Positions 12,201 through 27,454 of a stretch of DNA of 64,000 bases are shown here, in pieces. Made by a program: the position numbers and the translations under genes. Each line of letters opens with the position of its first letter. Positions within the stretch are counted from its first letter, which is position 1. The DNA lies in the NCBI GenBank assembly GCA_964016885.1, contig OZ024741.1:319052001-319116000 (forward strand), given 5' to 3'. This DNA comes from Eledone cirrhosa (Eukaryota). The notes below the pieces were generated by a model, which saw only the letters and a list, made by a program, of their open reading frames with translations, ran no database searches and was not told where the DNA came from.

Positions 12201-15200
12201 CCAATCATATTACCCAATTGTTGAAGGGCTGTAAGCGCCTGGAGACATTCCAGTTTCCAAGCGCTCTGTTAAGGATACGAGCTGGGACAACATACATCTG
12301 GTGCATGGTGACCACACCTGTTCACTGTTTAGGAAGAGATAGAGATGTCATAGCCTCAGTGAATGTCTGCGCATCATTAGCCACGGCATTCCCAGTCCTC
12401 CACACATGGGCTGTTGATAGCAGATGGACTGCCTGACCATCGGAACGCATCCTTTCCACAAGAATTGGAAGAGCAAACGTTCCAGTGCAGTCAGGCATGG
12501 TTGGGACAAGATACGATGGTCAAGTGGTAGTAGATGATGGATGCGATGAATGTGTTTGCCACCTCTGCCCTACCTTCAGGGATAGCTTTCTCTCGGCCCA
12601 TTTCTGGGTGAGATTGGCCACTCTGTTCGTCACCTCATCCCAATTTCTGTTCATTTGGAGGTCAGGACCAAACCAGACCCCAAGTAATTTAACTGGCCCG
12701 TCCGTCCAGCGCCTGGCGACACTGTTAGATGGCATGGACTTGCCCCTCCATGTGCCAAGTTATAGGCTCATGGATTTTTTCTGGTTGATTTTTGCTTCTG
12801 TCAGTGCTTCGTATTCCTTCAGAGCAGGGCCGATCACCTTAATGTGTTTGGTATTTGACACTACGACTGTGATGTTGTAGGCATAAGCCGACACAGATCT
12901 TCCATGTCCTAGTTCACATGGGATGCCTCTCAACATCTCTAATTTGTGTAGTAGTGGCTCAAGAGTCAATACATACAACAAGGATGAGAGGGGACAACCC
13001 TGGCCGACCGAATGCATGATGTTGAACGGTTCCAAGAAGGGAGCATTCAATCTGACTGCAGAGCAGATGTCACTATGCATAGCAGCTATCCATCCTCTGA
13101 AAACCGCCCCAAAGTCTGTTGCTTTGAGGACTGCCACCAGATACCAATGGTAGACCCTATCAAATGTTTTGGATTGATCCAAGTTGATCAGTGCCCCACC
13201 CGTGCCAGGTTCTTTAGCCGTCCTCTCTATGATGTATCGCATGAGATGGAAGTTGTCATGGATGTCTCTTGGGAATAGCACATGTCTGTGCCTCCCCTAC
13301 CAGACCACCAATGATAAGCATCAACCTAGTTTCTAACACCTTGGCAAAAATTTTGAACTCTGCATTTAACAGAGTTAAGGGCCTAAAATTATTTATATTG
13401 TCCCCCTTGTTCAGGTCTTTTCTCAGCAGTGCCACCACTCCAAGGCTCACATTCTGCTGCCAGTTGCAGTAGACATCTGCCAAGAGGTCACAAAACAAGT
13501 CTGGCATACTACCACTTGTTGACAATTGTTCCTGTCAACGCCCGCTTAACTAATTCACTAATATGGTCTCTGTAGGCTTTGCACATTGGGAATGAGGTGT
13601 TTAGCTTCCAGTAACTGGGTCCTTACCTATGGAGCCTATCTAGATCTACTATACATGTCACAAATTTGTGGTCTGTGTATTCAACTGTTTGAAATTGTGG
13701 ACAATGTATGCTATCCCTGTCTACTTCCCTACAGAACACCCTATCTAGATAGGATCTGAATGACCCAGACAATGTCCACATTGGCACATTCGGAAAATCC
13801 AGTCGGTATCTGTCAGACAGTTGGAAATGTCTGAGCAGATTTACGAGGCTTTTACATCCTCCTCCCCTATTTGTTTAGTCCCACACAATCCTAGCATGCA
13901 TCTAAGATATTGTTCCAGACACCCACTAAAACTAAAGAGCGAGACGTTCCCAGAAAGGTTTCCAGACGTTGGAAGAAATCAGATCATCCTGCCCCTGTTG
14001 GAGCATAGACAGCCTCTAACCTAAAGGCATGCCATTCTCCGCTGGTCACATCCAACACCACCAATTTACCCTCCAGGTCCAGGAAGATGGTCCATATTGT
14101 GAGATCCATGCCTTTCCGGAACAACACGGCAACTCTACCTCCAGATCCTGGAGGGCTTGAGGATGCATACACCTCGTAGCCACCAAAAATGGGTGCAAAG
14201 GTGCGTGTGTCAGAAACTCTGGCCTCACTAATGGCCACCACATCTATGTCCAGTGACCTGAGGTCATTGACCAGGTGCCCCTGTTTCCAGGACAACTCCA
14301 AGCCCCGTGCATTCACACTGCCTATTTTGAGTGAGGCCATGATTGAGTTAGAGGAGGAGAAAGTGGGAAAGGCCACTTACCTTAGATTTTGGGGAGGAAG
14401 GACAGTAGTTCTATCATTCGGGGTTATTTTTGTAGGCTCAAAAGCCGAAATGTCTGTGTAAATTCGTTTGGAGATTGTTCCCCTGACGTCTCCAATCGAA
14501 TCTGGGAATGTTGTTTTAAATGTGTGTATGATTTCTGAGTTATTTTTATTATTTGTATGTTTTTGGGTAATGCTAGTTTTCCTGGTTTTGTAAAATCGTT
14601 TTGTATGATTGTGGTGTTGTGTTCTAAGTAATTTAAAAGTTTTGTATTGTTTGAGTCAATTGCTGTGTAGTCGCGTGATGTTTGTATCTTTTTGTTCTTG
14701 CGGGTGTGGGTTAAGTTTTTCTTGAGATATTGTTTGTGTGTGGTGATTGTTATAGTGTTGGCTCTGTGGGTCTTTGTGGTGGTGGTGGTGGTGATAGTGA
14801 TGTGATTTTGGGGGTGTTTTTGCCTTTCGGCTTTTGGGATTTTTTTTGCTCTTTTGCCTTCTTTTTTTAGGGCGAAGACGGAGAATTTTTTCTTTTTATT
14901 TGTTTGTTTGGGGGAGAAAACACACTATTTGCCACTTGTCATCATGTGTTTCGTCAGGGAGTGGCATGTCTTCAATGGTTGTTGGTGTTGTTGATGTTGT
15001 TGGCGACAGCCTTTTTCTGTGTTAGACTTGGCAGTGCTGGTGTTGGTGTTGTTTTATTTGGTGTTTGTCTTCTAGTAGTAGTTGTTATGCTGCAAAGCAT
15101 GGTGTCTGACGCTCTACCAGACACCATAATAATGATAATAATAATAATTGTTTCTACATTTGGCACAAGGCCAACAATTATCTTGGTGCTTTATTTTATC

Positions 15201-18139
15201 AACCCCGTAATGATGAAAGGCAAAGTTAACCTCTGTGGGATTTGAACTCAGACCCTAAAGGGACGTAACTCTTTGCTGCAAAGCATGGCGTCCAACCCTC
15301 TACCAATACTGCCAATCCACCGCTAATAGTTCTTATTTAGGTTGAATCAGTGTCCTGTTATTTCTTCTTTTTCGCCCACTTATTCCCGATAGGGTCATGG
15401 GAAAGAGTCCTCAGATACGCCTTCCAATGGGTTCGGTCAGAAGCAACCATCCCCAAATTATCCAGATTGATCCCCAAGAAATACTAACTGTAAACTACCA
15501 AATAAACACTAGCTTTACTGTTAGTTAATTATAAATATTCTAAACTCTGTTTCACAAATATTTTTTGTTGGTTTTCTAGAATTTCCAAACCACATACTGT
15601 CCATAACCTCAGAGAATTCAGATGGTGTAAAAATTTATATTTCATTAATATCTGACAATATAAATACTGGCATGCCACTCTTCAATAAAATTACATTTCT
15701 CTATTTGGAACCAAACTTCAAAAAGAGTGAGTTTTAACATTTTTTATTTGCATGTTTCTACTGACATATACACTATTTTATATACTAGGATTTTTGTTGA
15801 CACGCTGATGCGTAGGTGTATATGTGTGTGTGCGTGTATAAATGTGCAAACACAGACATACATTCACACAAATACACATACATTCCCACAAACACACACA
15901 TACACATACACAAACACTCACCTACAGTGTAGCAAATGGAACGCCAGCTGCTGTTTTGCTATAGTTTTTTCACCATCGCACTCCTTCCTTTTACATACAT
16001 GTGTACGTGTGTATGGAGGGGGAATATTAAGTGTAGAGTTGGTGAATCTCGGGAAGCATGGAGGTTTTAAAGGATGCAGTGTCTCGACAACTAATAACTG
16101 ATGCAGGTAGTTTGTTCCATGCTTCAGCAACTCTGAGCGTGAAAAAATGTTTCCGAAAGTCATGGGAGCTGTGCTGTTTTCTGACTTTGATGGCATGTCC
16201 ACGTGTGTTAGACACATGGAGATAAAAAAGGTGCTCAGGGTTGTTGTTGGCAAGATAGTTAATAATTTGGTGGGTGTTTACGAAGTCAGTTGCCAGACGT
16301 CGGAGCTTCAATGTATCCATGCCCAGGGAAGCAAGGCGTTCAGAGTATGGTAGATGCCTGATGGAGGGTATGCGCTTGGTTGCATCTCTCTGAACAGTTT
16401 CCAGGAGGTCAATGTTCTGAGCAAGATAGGGGTTCCAGACTGGTGATGCAAATTCTAAGTGTGGCCACACCATAGCTATATACAGCTTTAAATAGATAGC
16501 TGAAGAGCGGCTGACAAAGGTCTTGCTAAGGGATGCTAAGATACCCTTGGCCTTCTTGACAATTTTAGAGACGTGCTTCGTTCAACGCAAATCGCTGCTA
16601 ACAGTAATGCCCAGGTCACGTTCACAAGAAGAATTCTTGATATTAGTGTTGAGAGGGAGTATGTGGATGATTGGTTTTTACTCCCAAAATGCATGGTGGT
16701 GCACTTGTCCACAGCTAGCTTGAGTTGCCAGTCTGAGATCCATTGTTGCATTGTGTCCAGGTCAGATTGCAGGCAAGATCTATAGTGTTCAGGATCAGTC
16801 CTTTTTATCTCAAGGTACAGCTTGATGTCATCTGCATATTTCAGTACTGCGGCATTCTTTAAGTTAGCATCTATGTCATTAATATATGCCCCAAACAAAA
16901 GTAGGCTAAGAACAGATCCCTGTGGTACACCAGATGACATCTCATATGGTGAGGAATGCTGTCCTAGAACCGTGACTACCTCTCTTTGACTGAGAATGAA
17001 GGACTTCAACCAGTTAAAAAGATCATCCTTCATACCTATTGCAGAGAGTTTTGCCATAAGTCTTTTGTGTGACACAGAATTGAAAGCTTTAGCAAAGTCA
17101 ATGAGCCGCCATCAGTGATCCAGGTGATGTCTTCAAAAAACTCGATAAGTTGATCACAGCAGCTGGAGTTAGGGATAAATCCAAATTGCGAGAGCCGGAT
17201 AAGACTGTGAGAGTTCGAGACGTTCCAAAGTGTTTCTCTGACACAGGATTCCATCAGTATGGATGCAGACAGGACAAAGAGCAAATTTCTTGTGGAATTT
17301 AAATTTTCACATTTAAAAATTTTTTAATTTGTTAACTGAAAAATCTGGTTAACTCTATTGCTTTCTCAACATTTCAGCATATGACCAGAAATACCAGAGT
17401 ATGGTATATTCATTTGATAATGAAAAACTTCACATAAATATACTTCTCCTGACAACCCGTGCTATGGGGTTGGAAGCTATCAATGGATCCGTCTACATTA
17501 CTTTAAATAAATCACATGAATTTCTGGAGCTAATTTATTCATTTGATCCAAACTCACAGGTATTTGTTGTCTTGGAATTTATTGATTTTCTGGGCCATCC
17601 TAACCACCATTTTGATTAAGAAGATTTTGATTAACTTTTTTTTTTATACAAAAGTGTCTGAAACCATCCCTGGTTTTGTCATAAAAAACTGTTTGCTTTA
17701 ACCCTTTAATGTTCAAACTGGCCAAAATTCTCTACCTCTTTCTGTTGAAACTGGCTGTAACTGATGTTAAGGTATTGTTCTCAAAATAAATACTTTCAAA
17801 ATCTCATAGATTCGATATTATGTGAGATAATTATGCGAGGTAAAGCCTTCCATATAGTTCTAAGAAAGAACCTTTGTTAAATCTTATTACAAACACAAGC
17901 TTAAAATGAAAAAAAATAGTTATATTATTAAATTCCTTTAAATTTTTCATTCTTCTTCTTCTTCTTCTTCTTCTTCTTCTTCTTCTTCTTCTTCTTCTTC
18001 TTCTTCTTCTTCTCCTCCTCCTCCTCCTCCTCCTCCTCCTCCTCCTCCTCCTCCTCCTCCTCCTCCTCAATGCACAGTGCCCAGGTTTCGCTTGCATGTA
18101 GCATTGCTGTTCGCACACAGGCATCATGCAGCTTGCCTT

Positions 18140-18220
<81 letters not shown>

Positions 18221-21200
18221 AAAAAGTATGACCCCGACGGCAGAGCTCAAGCCGTCGGGGTCATACTTGTTCCTATTACCCACTCTACTACCCTAAGTAT
18301 TGAGTACTCTGGTGTGTTATGGTCCATCTGGTTCCTTACCACACCTCCTTCGTTATATATATATATATATAGAAACTCCACTGCAACTATTACCATCGAC
18401 ATCACCATTACTACCACCTTTTTCCTAATATAGGTTTTATTTTTCCATACTTTCAAACAGAGCAATAGTTGGCAACTTGGCAAGAAACACTTCTATAAAC
18501 AATCTTTTCTTTACTCCATGTGTTCAAGTATGGATGCTAAGTGGATGGTAGCAGCTGCTGAAGATGGTGCCATCTATGTTTTTCTAACTAATGATCTGGT
18601 AAGGCATTGACACCTCCTCTTCCTTCTTCCCCTCTGAAAGGGTTAATCTAAACTATAATAAAGGGAGGAACACAAGACTGCGTACGGTTTATAATTTTTT
18701 TATCCCATTAGTAAAATAAGTTGGATTACTTTGAATAAATAATGAATGAATATTACATAATTTATCTACTAAATTTCGTGGCTGTTGATTAAATATGTTT
18801 TGTTAATTTAAAGATTCACTTCTTTCAAATTTCTGAAATGTCAACACTTCCGGTTGGCGATCGTTTAAATAAATATTCAGATATTTCTGTCACTAATTTT
18901 CTCCTAATGCAGTTTATATATAATATCATCTTTTTTAATGTATCATGGATTACGTTACTGATTACATAAGACAGTGTTACACAGTTCAATTTCTTCGTTC
19001 AATTTCTGTGTATATTGTCAATTACTATTTTATTTGATGTATCATATCTACATGCATATATATTTGTGTATAATATCAATACACACACTACACATGCTAG
19101 CAGAAAAAACACCCCTGAAGGGTTGTTTTTTTTTGCTAGTAATGAATAATGTTTGGAATTTCATTTTCATTTTCAACAGGGTAAGGTTCAGATGCAGTCA
19201 GTGATACATGACTACCACATGAAGGCTGTAAAGAGCATGTCTCTCTCTTGGGATTTCCAATTTCTTCTGATCACTGGAAACGATGGCACAATTTCCTCTT
19301 ACACTATGAACATTGAGCAGAGGTACTACATTAAACAACAGTGTCTTATCACTAGGGAATCTCATATTACGTCTCTCAAACAGAAACATGGTTTTGCTAA
19401 AAGAGAGTCGAAAGCATGCAACAAGTTACCACCCATTAAATTTCAGGTGAGATTTTCATCATTGATTCTTTGCTTTATAATTCAACCCTTTTCATAGTAA
19501 ACCACACGAAACTGCCTTTGGTTCTTTCGTGTGAAAACTGTTTGTTTTAAAGTGTTCATCATTATCATAATCATCATCATCATTGTTTAAAATCGGTTTT
19601 CTCTGCTAACTAGGGTTGGACATGTCATCACAGACTGGCCAGTACTCAGTTAGAGCCTCTGTAATCTAGGTGGGTCGGGAGTTCGACATATGGTCCTACA
19701 CTTTACTTTATCATGGTATCAACATTACAGAAGTTGCCATGTCTTTGGCATAGCTAAAGAGTCTTCCTGATCCTTTGTTTGGCAGGTTTTCTACAGCTCT
19801 TCTTATTAGCAAACCATGGGAAGTTGTCACGTCTATGGCACAGATAAAGAGTCCTCTTGTTGTTAGTGAAGAATATGTAAATTATAAAACAATACCATAA
19901 ATAGGTTTCTGTCTTGCCTTTTCTCTCCAACAGAGCCTGCATTTCAAAAGTGACCCACTCCCAGAGGAGAGACACAAACAAAACACCTGGCTGGATGTTA
20001 GGAAACAACTGGTGAGTTTATACTTTCGCTAGAATTGTCATCATCATCATCATCATCATCATCATTATCATCATCGTCGTTGTCACCATCATAATTAATG
20101 TCTTCACCAATATCATCATCATCATCATTATCATCACCATCATCATTGTCAACTCTACTCTGTTTCTATTCTTACTGCTGTTATTACTCAGCAATCATCA
20201 TCACCACCACCACCACAACTACCAACACTATCACCGCCACCACTATCACCACCACAACTACCACCACCACCACAACTACCATCACCACCACTACTTTCAT
20301 CATCATCACTACCACCACCATCACTTCTTTCACCGCCATCATCACACTACCATCTTCACACTACCACCACCACAACTACCAACACTATCACCACCACCAC
20401 TACCATTTTCACACTACCACCATCACCCTTACAAACAACACGACTACTACTTTCATCATCATCACTACCACCACCTCCACTACCACCACCATCACTACCA
20501 CCACCATCACTACCACTACCACCACCATCACTACCACTATCACTACCACCACTACCACTACCACCACCACCACTACCACTACAACCAGAAACTACCACCA
20601 CCACCTCACTACCATCACCGCTACCACCACTACTTCCATCACCACAACTACCACCACCACAACTACCATCACTACAACTACCACCACCACCACTACCCCC
20701 ACCACTACTAACACCACCACCACTACCACCATCACCACCACTACCACAACCACAACAACCACCACCACCACTACCACCACCACAACTACCACCACAACCA
20801 CTACCACCACTACTACCTCCACCACCACTACAACTACCACCACCACTACCGCCACCACAACTACCACCACCACTACTACCTCCACCACCACTACTACCAC
20901 CACAACAACTACGACCACCACAACTACCACCACTATCACCACCACCATTACCATCTTCACACTACCACATCACCCTTACAACCAACACCACCACCACTAC
21001 CACCACCACCACCACTACCCTCACCACAACTACCCCCATTACCACTACCCCCACCACAACTACCCCCACCACCACCACCACAACTACCATCATCACCACT
21101 ACCACCACCACAACTACCACCACAACTTCCACCACTACCACCACCACAACTACCACCATCACCACTAACCCCACTACAACTACCTCAACCACTACCACCA

Positions 21201-24200
21201 CCACCACAACTACCACCATCACCACCACCACCACCACCACCACCATCACTACCACCACCACCACCACCACCATCACTACCACCACCACCACCATCACTGC
21301 CACCACCACCACCATCACTACCACCGCCACCACCACTGCCACCACCACCACCACCACCATCCAACCACCACTACCACCTCTGTATTAGTTTATAAAGCAT
21401 CATTGTTTTTCTGTTGTTTTACAGGCTCTAGCGGAGAAAGAGAAAGATATATCAGAAGAGAAAGAGAAAATTAAGGCCTCAATTGTTAAGATACGAGAAA
21501 CTGTAAATACTCATTCTAACTCTACCTTGGTTTTAGACATAATGATATGCAGCAGTGGACCCCAGCCTTTTTTTTTCATGACACAAACCTTGAATATTTC
21601 TGAAAATCTTATAAAGAGCCCTTAAATTTTATATTTAATGACACAAACCCCAAATATTTTTGAGAGACTTATAAAGAGCCCTTAAACTTGACACTTTATG
21701 ACACAAACCCCAAATATTACTGCGGGACTTATAAAGAAACCTTAACCCTTTAGCATTTATATTACTCTATATTTACTATTGTATTTTCACAGTAAAGGCT
21801 TTACCTCACATAATTATCTCACATAATATTGAATCTATGAGATTTTAATATTATTTATTTTGTGAACAATACCTTAACATAAGTATGAGCAGCTAGTTAT
21901 GGTTGGTTTGAATTCTGGCCGGATATGGTCAGTTTAAATGCTAAAGGGTTAAACTTGATATTTCATCACACAAGCCCCAAATATTACCGAGGGACTGTAG
22001 CAAGCAATGGCACTATTTTATCACTGCGGAGTAATTTGGTTGTGCTTTGTTCTCGCCAGCCCTTAGTATTAGTGGCGTATGAATACAAAAGACGACTTCC
22101 ACCCAACAGTTGCTTCATGCCCTTTTTCAGTTCCAGCTGACAATTGCGCTTTGCATTCGGTCGACACCAGCAGCTCACAAAGGGCTTTCTCAGTTGAAGC
22201 ACCATCTTTCAAAACTACCTAGCATTTGCTCTTTGCATTTTGTTGACACCGGCAGCTCACAAATGGCTTCCCCGGTCGATTCACCATCTTTCAAAACTAC
22301 CTAGCAGTTGCGCTTGGTCTTTCGTCAACACCAGCAGCTCACAAATGGCTTCCCCAGTTGAGGCACCATCTTTAAAAACTATCTAGCAGTTGCGCTTTGC
22401 ATTTTGTCGACACCAGCAGTTCGTAATGGCTTCCCTACTTCTGCAACTTTGCTCTCTAACATATGAGAGTAGTTTCATTATATGGCTTTTAGGAGATTTA
22501 CAATAACCGACAACTTGGTTCCAAAGTACTTGCCTTTAAGAGATTTACCATTACATGTCAGCTTTGTTACACAAAATATCTGTACCACTTCACACCCTAT
22601 CTTCTTTAAGGATATAATCACTGCTACCAATATAGAACACAGTTAAAGTACTTATTACTAAAGTGGTGACTTATAAAAAGCCCTTAAACTTGCTATTTCA
22701 TGACACAAACCTCAAATATTTCTGAGAGACTTATAAAGAGGCCTTAAACTTGATATTTCATGACACAAACCACAAATATTACTGAGGGTCTTATAAAGAG
22801 CCCTTAAACTTGACATCTTATGACACAAACCCCAAATATTACTGAAAGATAAAGAGCCCTTAATGACACAAACCCAAAATATTTATGAGAAACTTATAAA
22901 AATCCCTTAAACTTGACATTTCAAGACACAAACCCCAAATATTTCTGAGGGACTTATAAAGAGCCCTTAAACTTGATATTTAATGACACAAACCCCAGAT
23001 ATTACTGAGGGACTTGATATTTTATGTTTTTGTCACAATTGTCTAATAGAGTGAGTCAACATTCAGAATATTACAAAAAGAATGATCGACTAAATTCTTC
23101 TTTAACATTTACATTACTTTATATATACTATTGTATTTTCGTGGTAAAGGCTTTATCTCACATCATATCAAATCTATGAAATTTTGATGTTATTTATTTT
23201 GAGAACAATACCTTAACATCAGTATTAGAGGCCAGTTTAAACAGGAAGATGTGAGAGAATTCTGGCCAGATACAGCTGGTTTAAATGTTACAGGGTAAGG
23301 CAGCTCCACAATATGGCTGCAGGCTAATGACCGAAACCAATAGAGGAATAAAAGAATTTACTTGATTTCCAGGTACAAGGTATGCTGAAAATTAATGACA
23401 GCCGTCCAGATATTGAGAAGTTGGAACAATATGAGTTTGATCTTGATGTAGAAGAGCAAGTGCGTCTCCATGTTGATGGTGAAGCTGCTATTCAGAAGGT
23501 AGGACTTCTTATTATTGCATATAAACATTTTGATTATAGGTCTATTTACACCTTTAACATATGTGATACTGCAATAAAGATGGTGAAGTGGCACAGTTGT
23601 TAGAACATTGGATAGAATGCTTTATAGTATTCATTCTGGTACTCTGCATTCTGAGTTCAAACCTCACCGAAGCCAACTTTATCGAGCCCTCACAAACCAG
23701 AGACTGTGACAAATAGCAATATTCTATAAGGTAGAGCATGTATAACAGGTAGCAATATTCTATATGGCAGTTGCTGTATTTTGAATTTAAGAAGTATTTG
23801 GAGGTATAATTATTTCATCATTATTGGATTGGCAGTATCTGTAGAGGGTTAGATGCCATGCTTTGCAACATAGAGTTACAGCCCTTTACGGTTTGAGTTC
23901 AAATCCTGCGGAGGTTAACTTTGCCTTTCATCCTTACAGGGTCGATAAAATAAAGTACCAGTAATGCACTGGGATAATTGATGGCCTTGTGCCAAAAGTA
24001 GAAACAATTAATAAAATAGTATTTATGACATGACTTAACATATTGTTCTTATATAAAATTATGTTGAAAGATTTCAATTTAAATAGAAAACCATGGGTGG
24101 TTTTGTTTCAAAGAACCAGAACCAATGAAAAGGGTTAAAATAATGTTGTTGTTGATGATGTTAATGATGACAACAGCAGCTTCAATTTTTGTAACAAAGA

Positions 24201-27200
24201 AAGCATCAATGTAATATAGAAGACTCTGCAAGCTGGTTCTGTAAGGCATTAGGAAGGGCATTGAGCTGTAGAAACCATGCCAAATATGGAACATATGAGC
24301 AAGATGAGGTTGCTATGATACCTTTTAGTCTCAGACTGTGACAGCCATCATTTTATGTCTGAAAAGCAGACATAAAATGATGATGATGATTCATTTCTTT
24401 ACCAGATCTATGAAAATACAGAGTATGAAAACCTGGCTAAGTTGTATGTCAAAGAGAAAATTAAAGAAGAGTGTTATGATAAAATGTTTGTGAAAGGACG
24501 ATGCATAAAGGTAGTAACTTTAGCAAATTTTACTGGCGTAATTCTTAACGTCCTGCACCACATCTAACCTCATTAGCAAGACAATCTTGAAATGTACAAA
24601 GCAGAGCCATGACTGCATCACATTAAGTACAATACATATGTTATAACACACTATATGTTATAATGCATTATATGATACAATACATTGTATGGTACAATAC
24701 ATTGTATGGTAACAATACATTATATGGTACAATACATATGTTACTGTATATTGTGTTACAATACATTATATGTTACAATATGTTACTGATTTATGGCATC
24801 AAATCCTGCTGAGATTAACTTTGCCTTTCATCCTTATGGGGTTGATAAAATAAAGTACCAGTCATGCACTGGAGTTGATTTCATTGATTTTCTCTTGCCC
24901 CCAAATTGTTGACCTTGTGCCTAAATTAGAAACCAATACATATGTAACAATATATTATGATACAATACAAATGTTACAACACATTATATGTTACATATAT
25001 ATGTTACAGTATATTTATTATATCTCACAATATATGATACAATACCTTATATATTACAATATATTATACCACATTATATATTACAATATGTTACACCAAA
25101 TTACATTATATATTTCAATATATTATACCACAATACCTTGTATATTACAATATATTATACCACAATACCTTGTATATTACAATATGTTATACCACAATAC
25201 CTTGTATATTACAATATGTTATACCACATTACATTATATATTACAATATGTTACACCAAATTACATTATATATTTCAATATATTATACCACAATACCTTG
25301 TATATTACAATATATTATACCACAATACCTTGTATATTACAATATGTTATACCACAATACCTTGTATATTACAATATGTTATACCACATTACATTATATA
25401 TTACAATATGTTATACCACAATACATTATATATTTCAATATATTATACCACAATACCTTGTATATTACAATATATTATACCACAATACCTTGTATATTAC
25501 AATATGTTATACCACATTACATTATATATTACAATATGTTATACCACAATACATTATATATTTCAATATATTATACCACAATACCTTGTATATTACAATA
25601 TGTTATACCACAATACCTTGTATATTACAATATGTTATACCACATTACATTATATATTACAATATGTTATACCACAATACATTATATATTTCAATATATT
25701 ATACCACAATACCTTGTATATTACAATATATTATACCACAATACCTTGTATATTACAATATGTTATACCACATTACATTATATATTACAATATGTTACAC
25801 CACATTACATTATATATTTCAATATATTATACCACAATACCTTGTATATTACAATATATTATACCACATTGCATTATCTATTACATCAGTTGTTTAATTC
25901 TCTCAACAGGCATTCCTCATTCCTCTAGAAATTGACAATTTTCCTCTCATGAAACGCTCACGTGAGGAACTGGAACAACTGCGAAAGGTTGAATTCAAAC
26001 GAAAAACTGAGAAAAAAGTTGCTCAGGTTTGTGATTTCATGTTTGTTTATCAACAGAATTAACTATATTTTCATAGCTCTGGTTCTATGAAACAAAACCA
26101 TCCATTTTAAATGGTTTTTATTTAAATTAAAATCTTCCAAATCTTCCAACTTAATTTTATATAAAAACAACTCTATCTTAGTAATGTAATAATTTATAGT
26201 TTTAGTAAATCTTTAAAAATACTTCTTTAATAGATTGAAAAAGACTATATTTTATTAGAAATATAGTTTACAAAAGGCCATATCCGCCCAGAATTCTCTC
26301 ATTTTTTCTGTTCAAACTGGCTGTAACCAGCCACTTATACTGATGTTAAGGTATTGTTCTCAAAATAAATATCAAAATCTCATAGATTCGATATTATGTG
26401 AGATACTTATGCTTTTACCATGAAAATATAATAGTAAATATAGAGTAATGTAAATGCTAAAGGGTTAATGATGAGCAGGTGTGGTTATAGAAAAGCAGTT
26501 TCTTTAGTAAAGATTATGGAACTCTGGACATTATTACAGGAATGAGCGGGAAGTGAGCCATAAAAAATAATGTAGATGTAGCAGAAAGGGTATCTAGATG
26601 ACTATGGCTGAAGAGCAGTGACCAGTGTGGTTAGTAATATGTATGCCCTTTTCACAAAGACCGAGGCTTGATCAACCATGGCAGGGTCACCTGAATAAGG
26701 CTGTATGTTGCAATACCCTCACAAAACACCTGGGAGAGGGTGCATGTTGTAAGACTCAAAACACCCAGTGATTCCAGAATACAGTACTGATGATGTGTCT
26801 AATGATTTGCATCCATAGGTATGTTAAATCATAATATACATCTACTCTGAATATATAACAGCTATATCAATAGTCTTTTTTTTTCTCTGTCCACAGTTTA
26901 ACCAAGAGATACTTGAAATATTATCCAAAGCATCTGGCTCCCAAAGTGTAAGTCATTTGGTGATTTTTTAAAAACTTTAAATTGTGGTGTACAACTTGAC
27001 TTTTAAAGCATGGGTTGTCATATATGCAAGATATAAATTTGAATCTTAACTGCTGAGTGGTAAACACATATAGGAGATTATAACAATTGCTTTGTACTCC
27101 TTATCATAACTCCAGCAAGTTGCCAAGAATATTTATGATCAAAGCTTTTACAAAGAACTATATTTCCTGTTAGATTAGCTAATTCAATGACAATTAATAA

Positions 27201-27408
27201 AATACAGGGTGAAACATTTAATACATCTAACAAATAGATTATTGGTGATATAGGAAAATAATAAAAAATAACCTTAGAATAGACAGCAATGAGTACAGTT
27301 TACTATAATATATAGTATATGTATTATAGTCATCAGTTAAAATGTCCAAAGGATTGCCACCAATGAGTATGGTTTACTGGGGTATTTTGTTGATGTACTA
27401 TCATGTTT

Positions 27409-27454
<46 letters not shown>

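Noticed and set aside
13510-13985. Apparent foreign insert within the L1/Tx1 element
   Set aside because: The - strand translation gives endonuclease motifs (SYLDRV, TDHKFV, YWKLN); it is part of ORF2 next to a deletion
20098-21360. Mucin-like poly-Thr, poly-His and poly-Val ORFs (also 6551-6859, 41737-42541, 54246-54690)
   Set aside because: Intronic trinucleotide arrays between phase-compatible exons
21575-23020. CRISPR-like regularly spaced repeats (also 32510-33070, 52690-52960)
   Set aside because: No unique spacers, no cas genes, eukaryotic intron
24875-25935. Three overlapping Y/I/T-rich ORFs of 250-340 aa
   Set aside because: A 32-bp tandem repeat lacking stops in all three + frames
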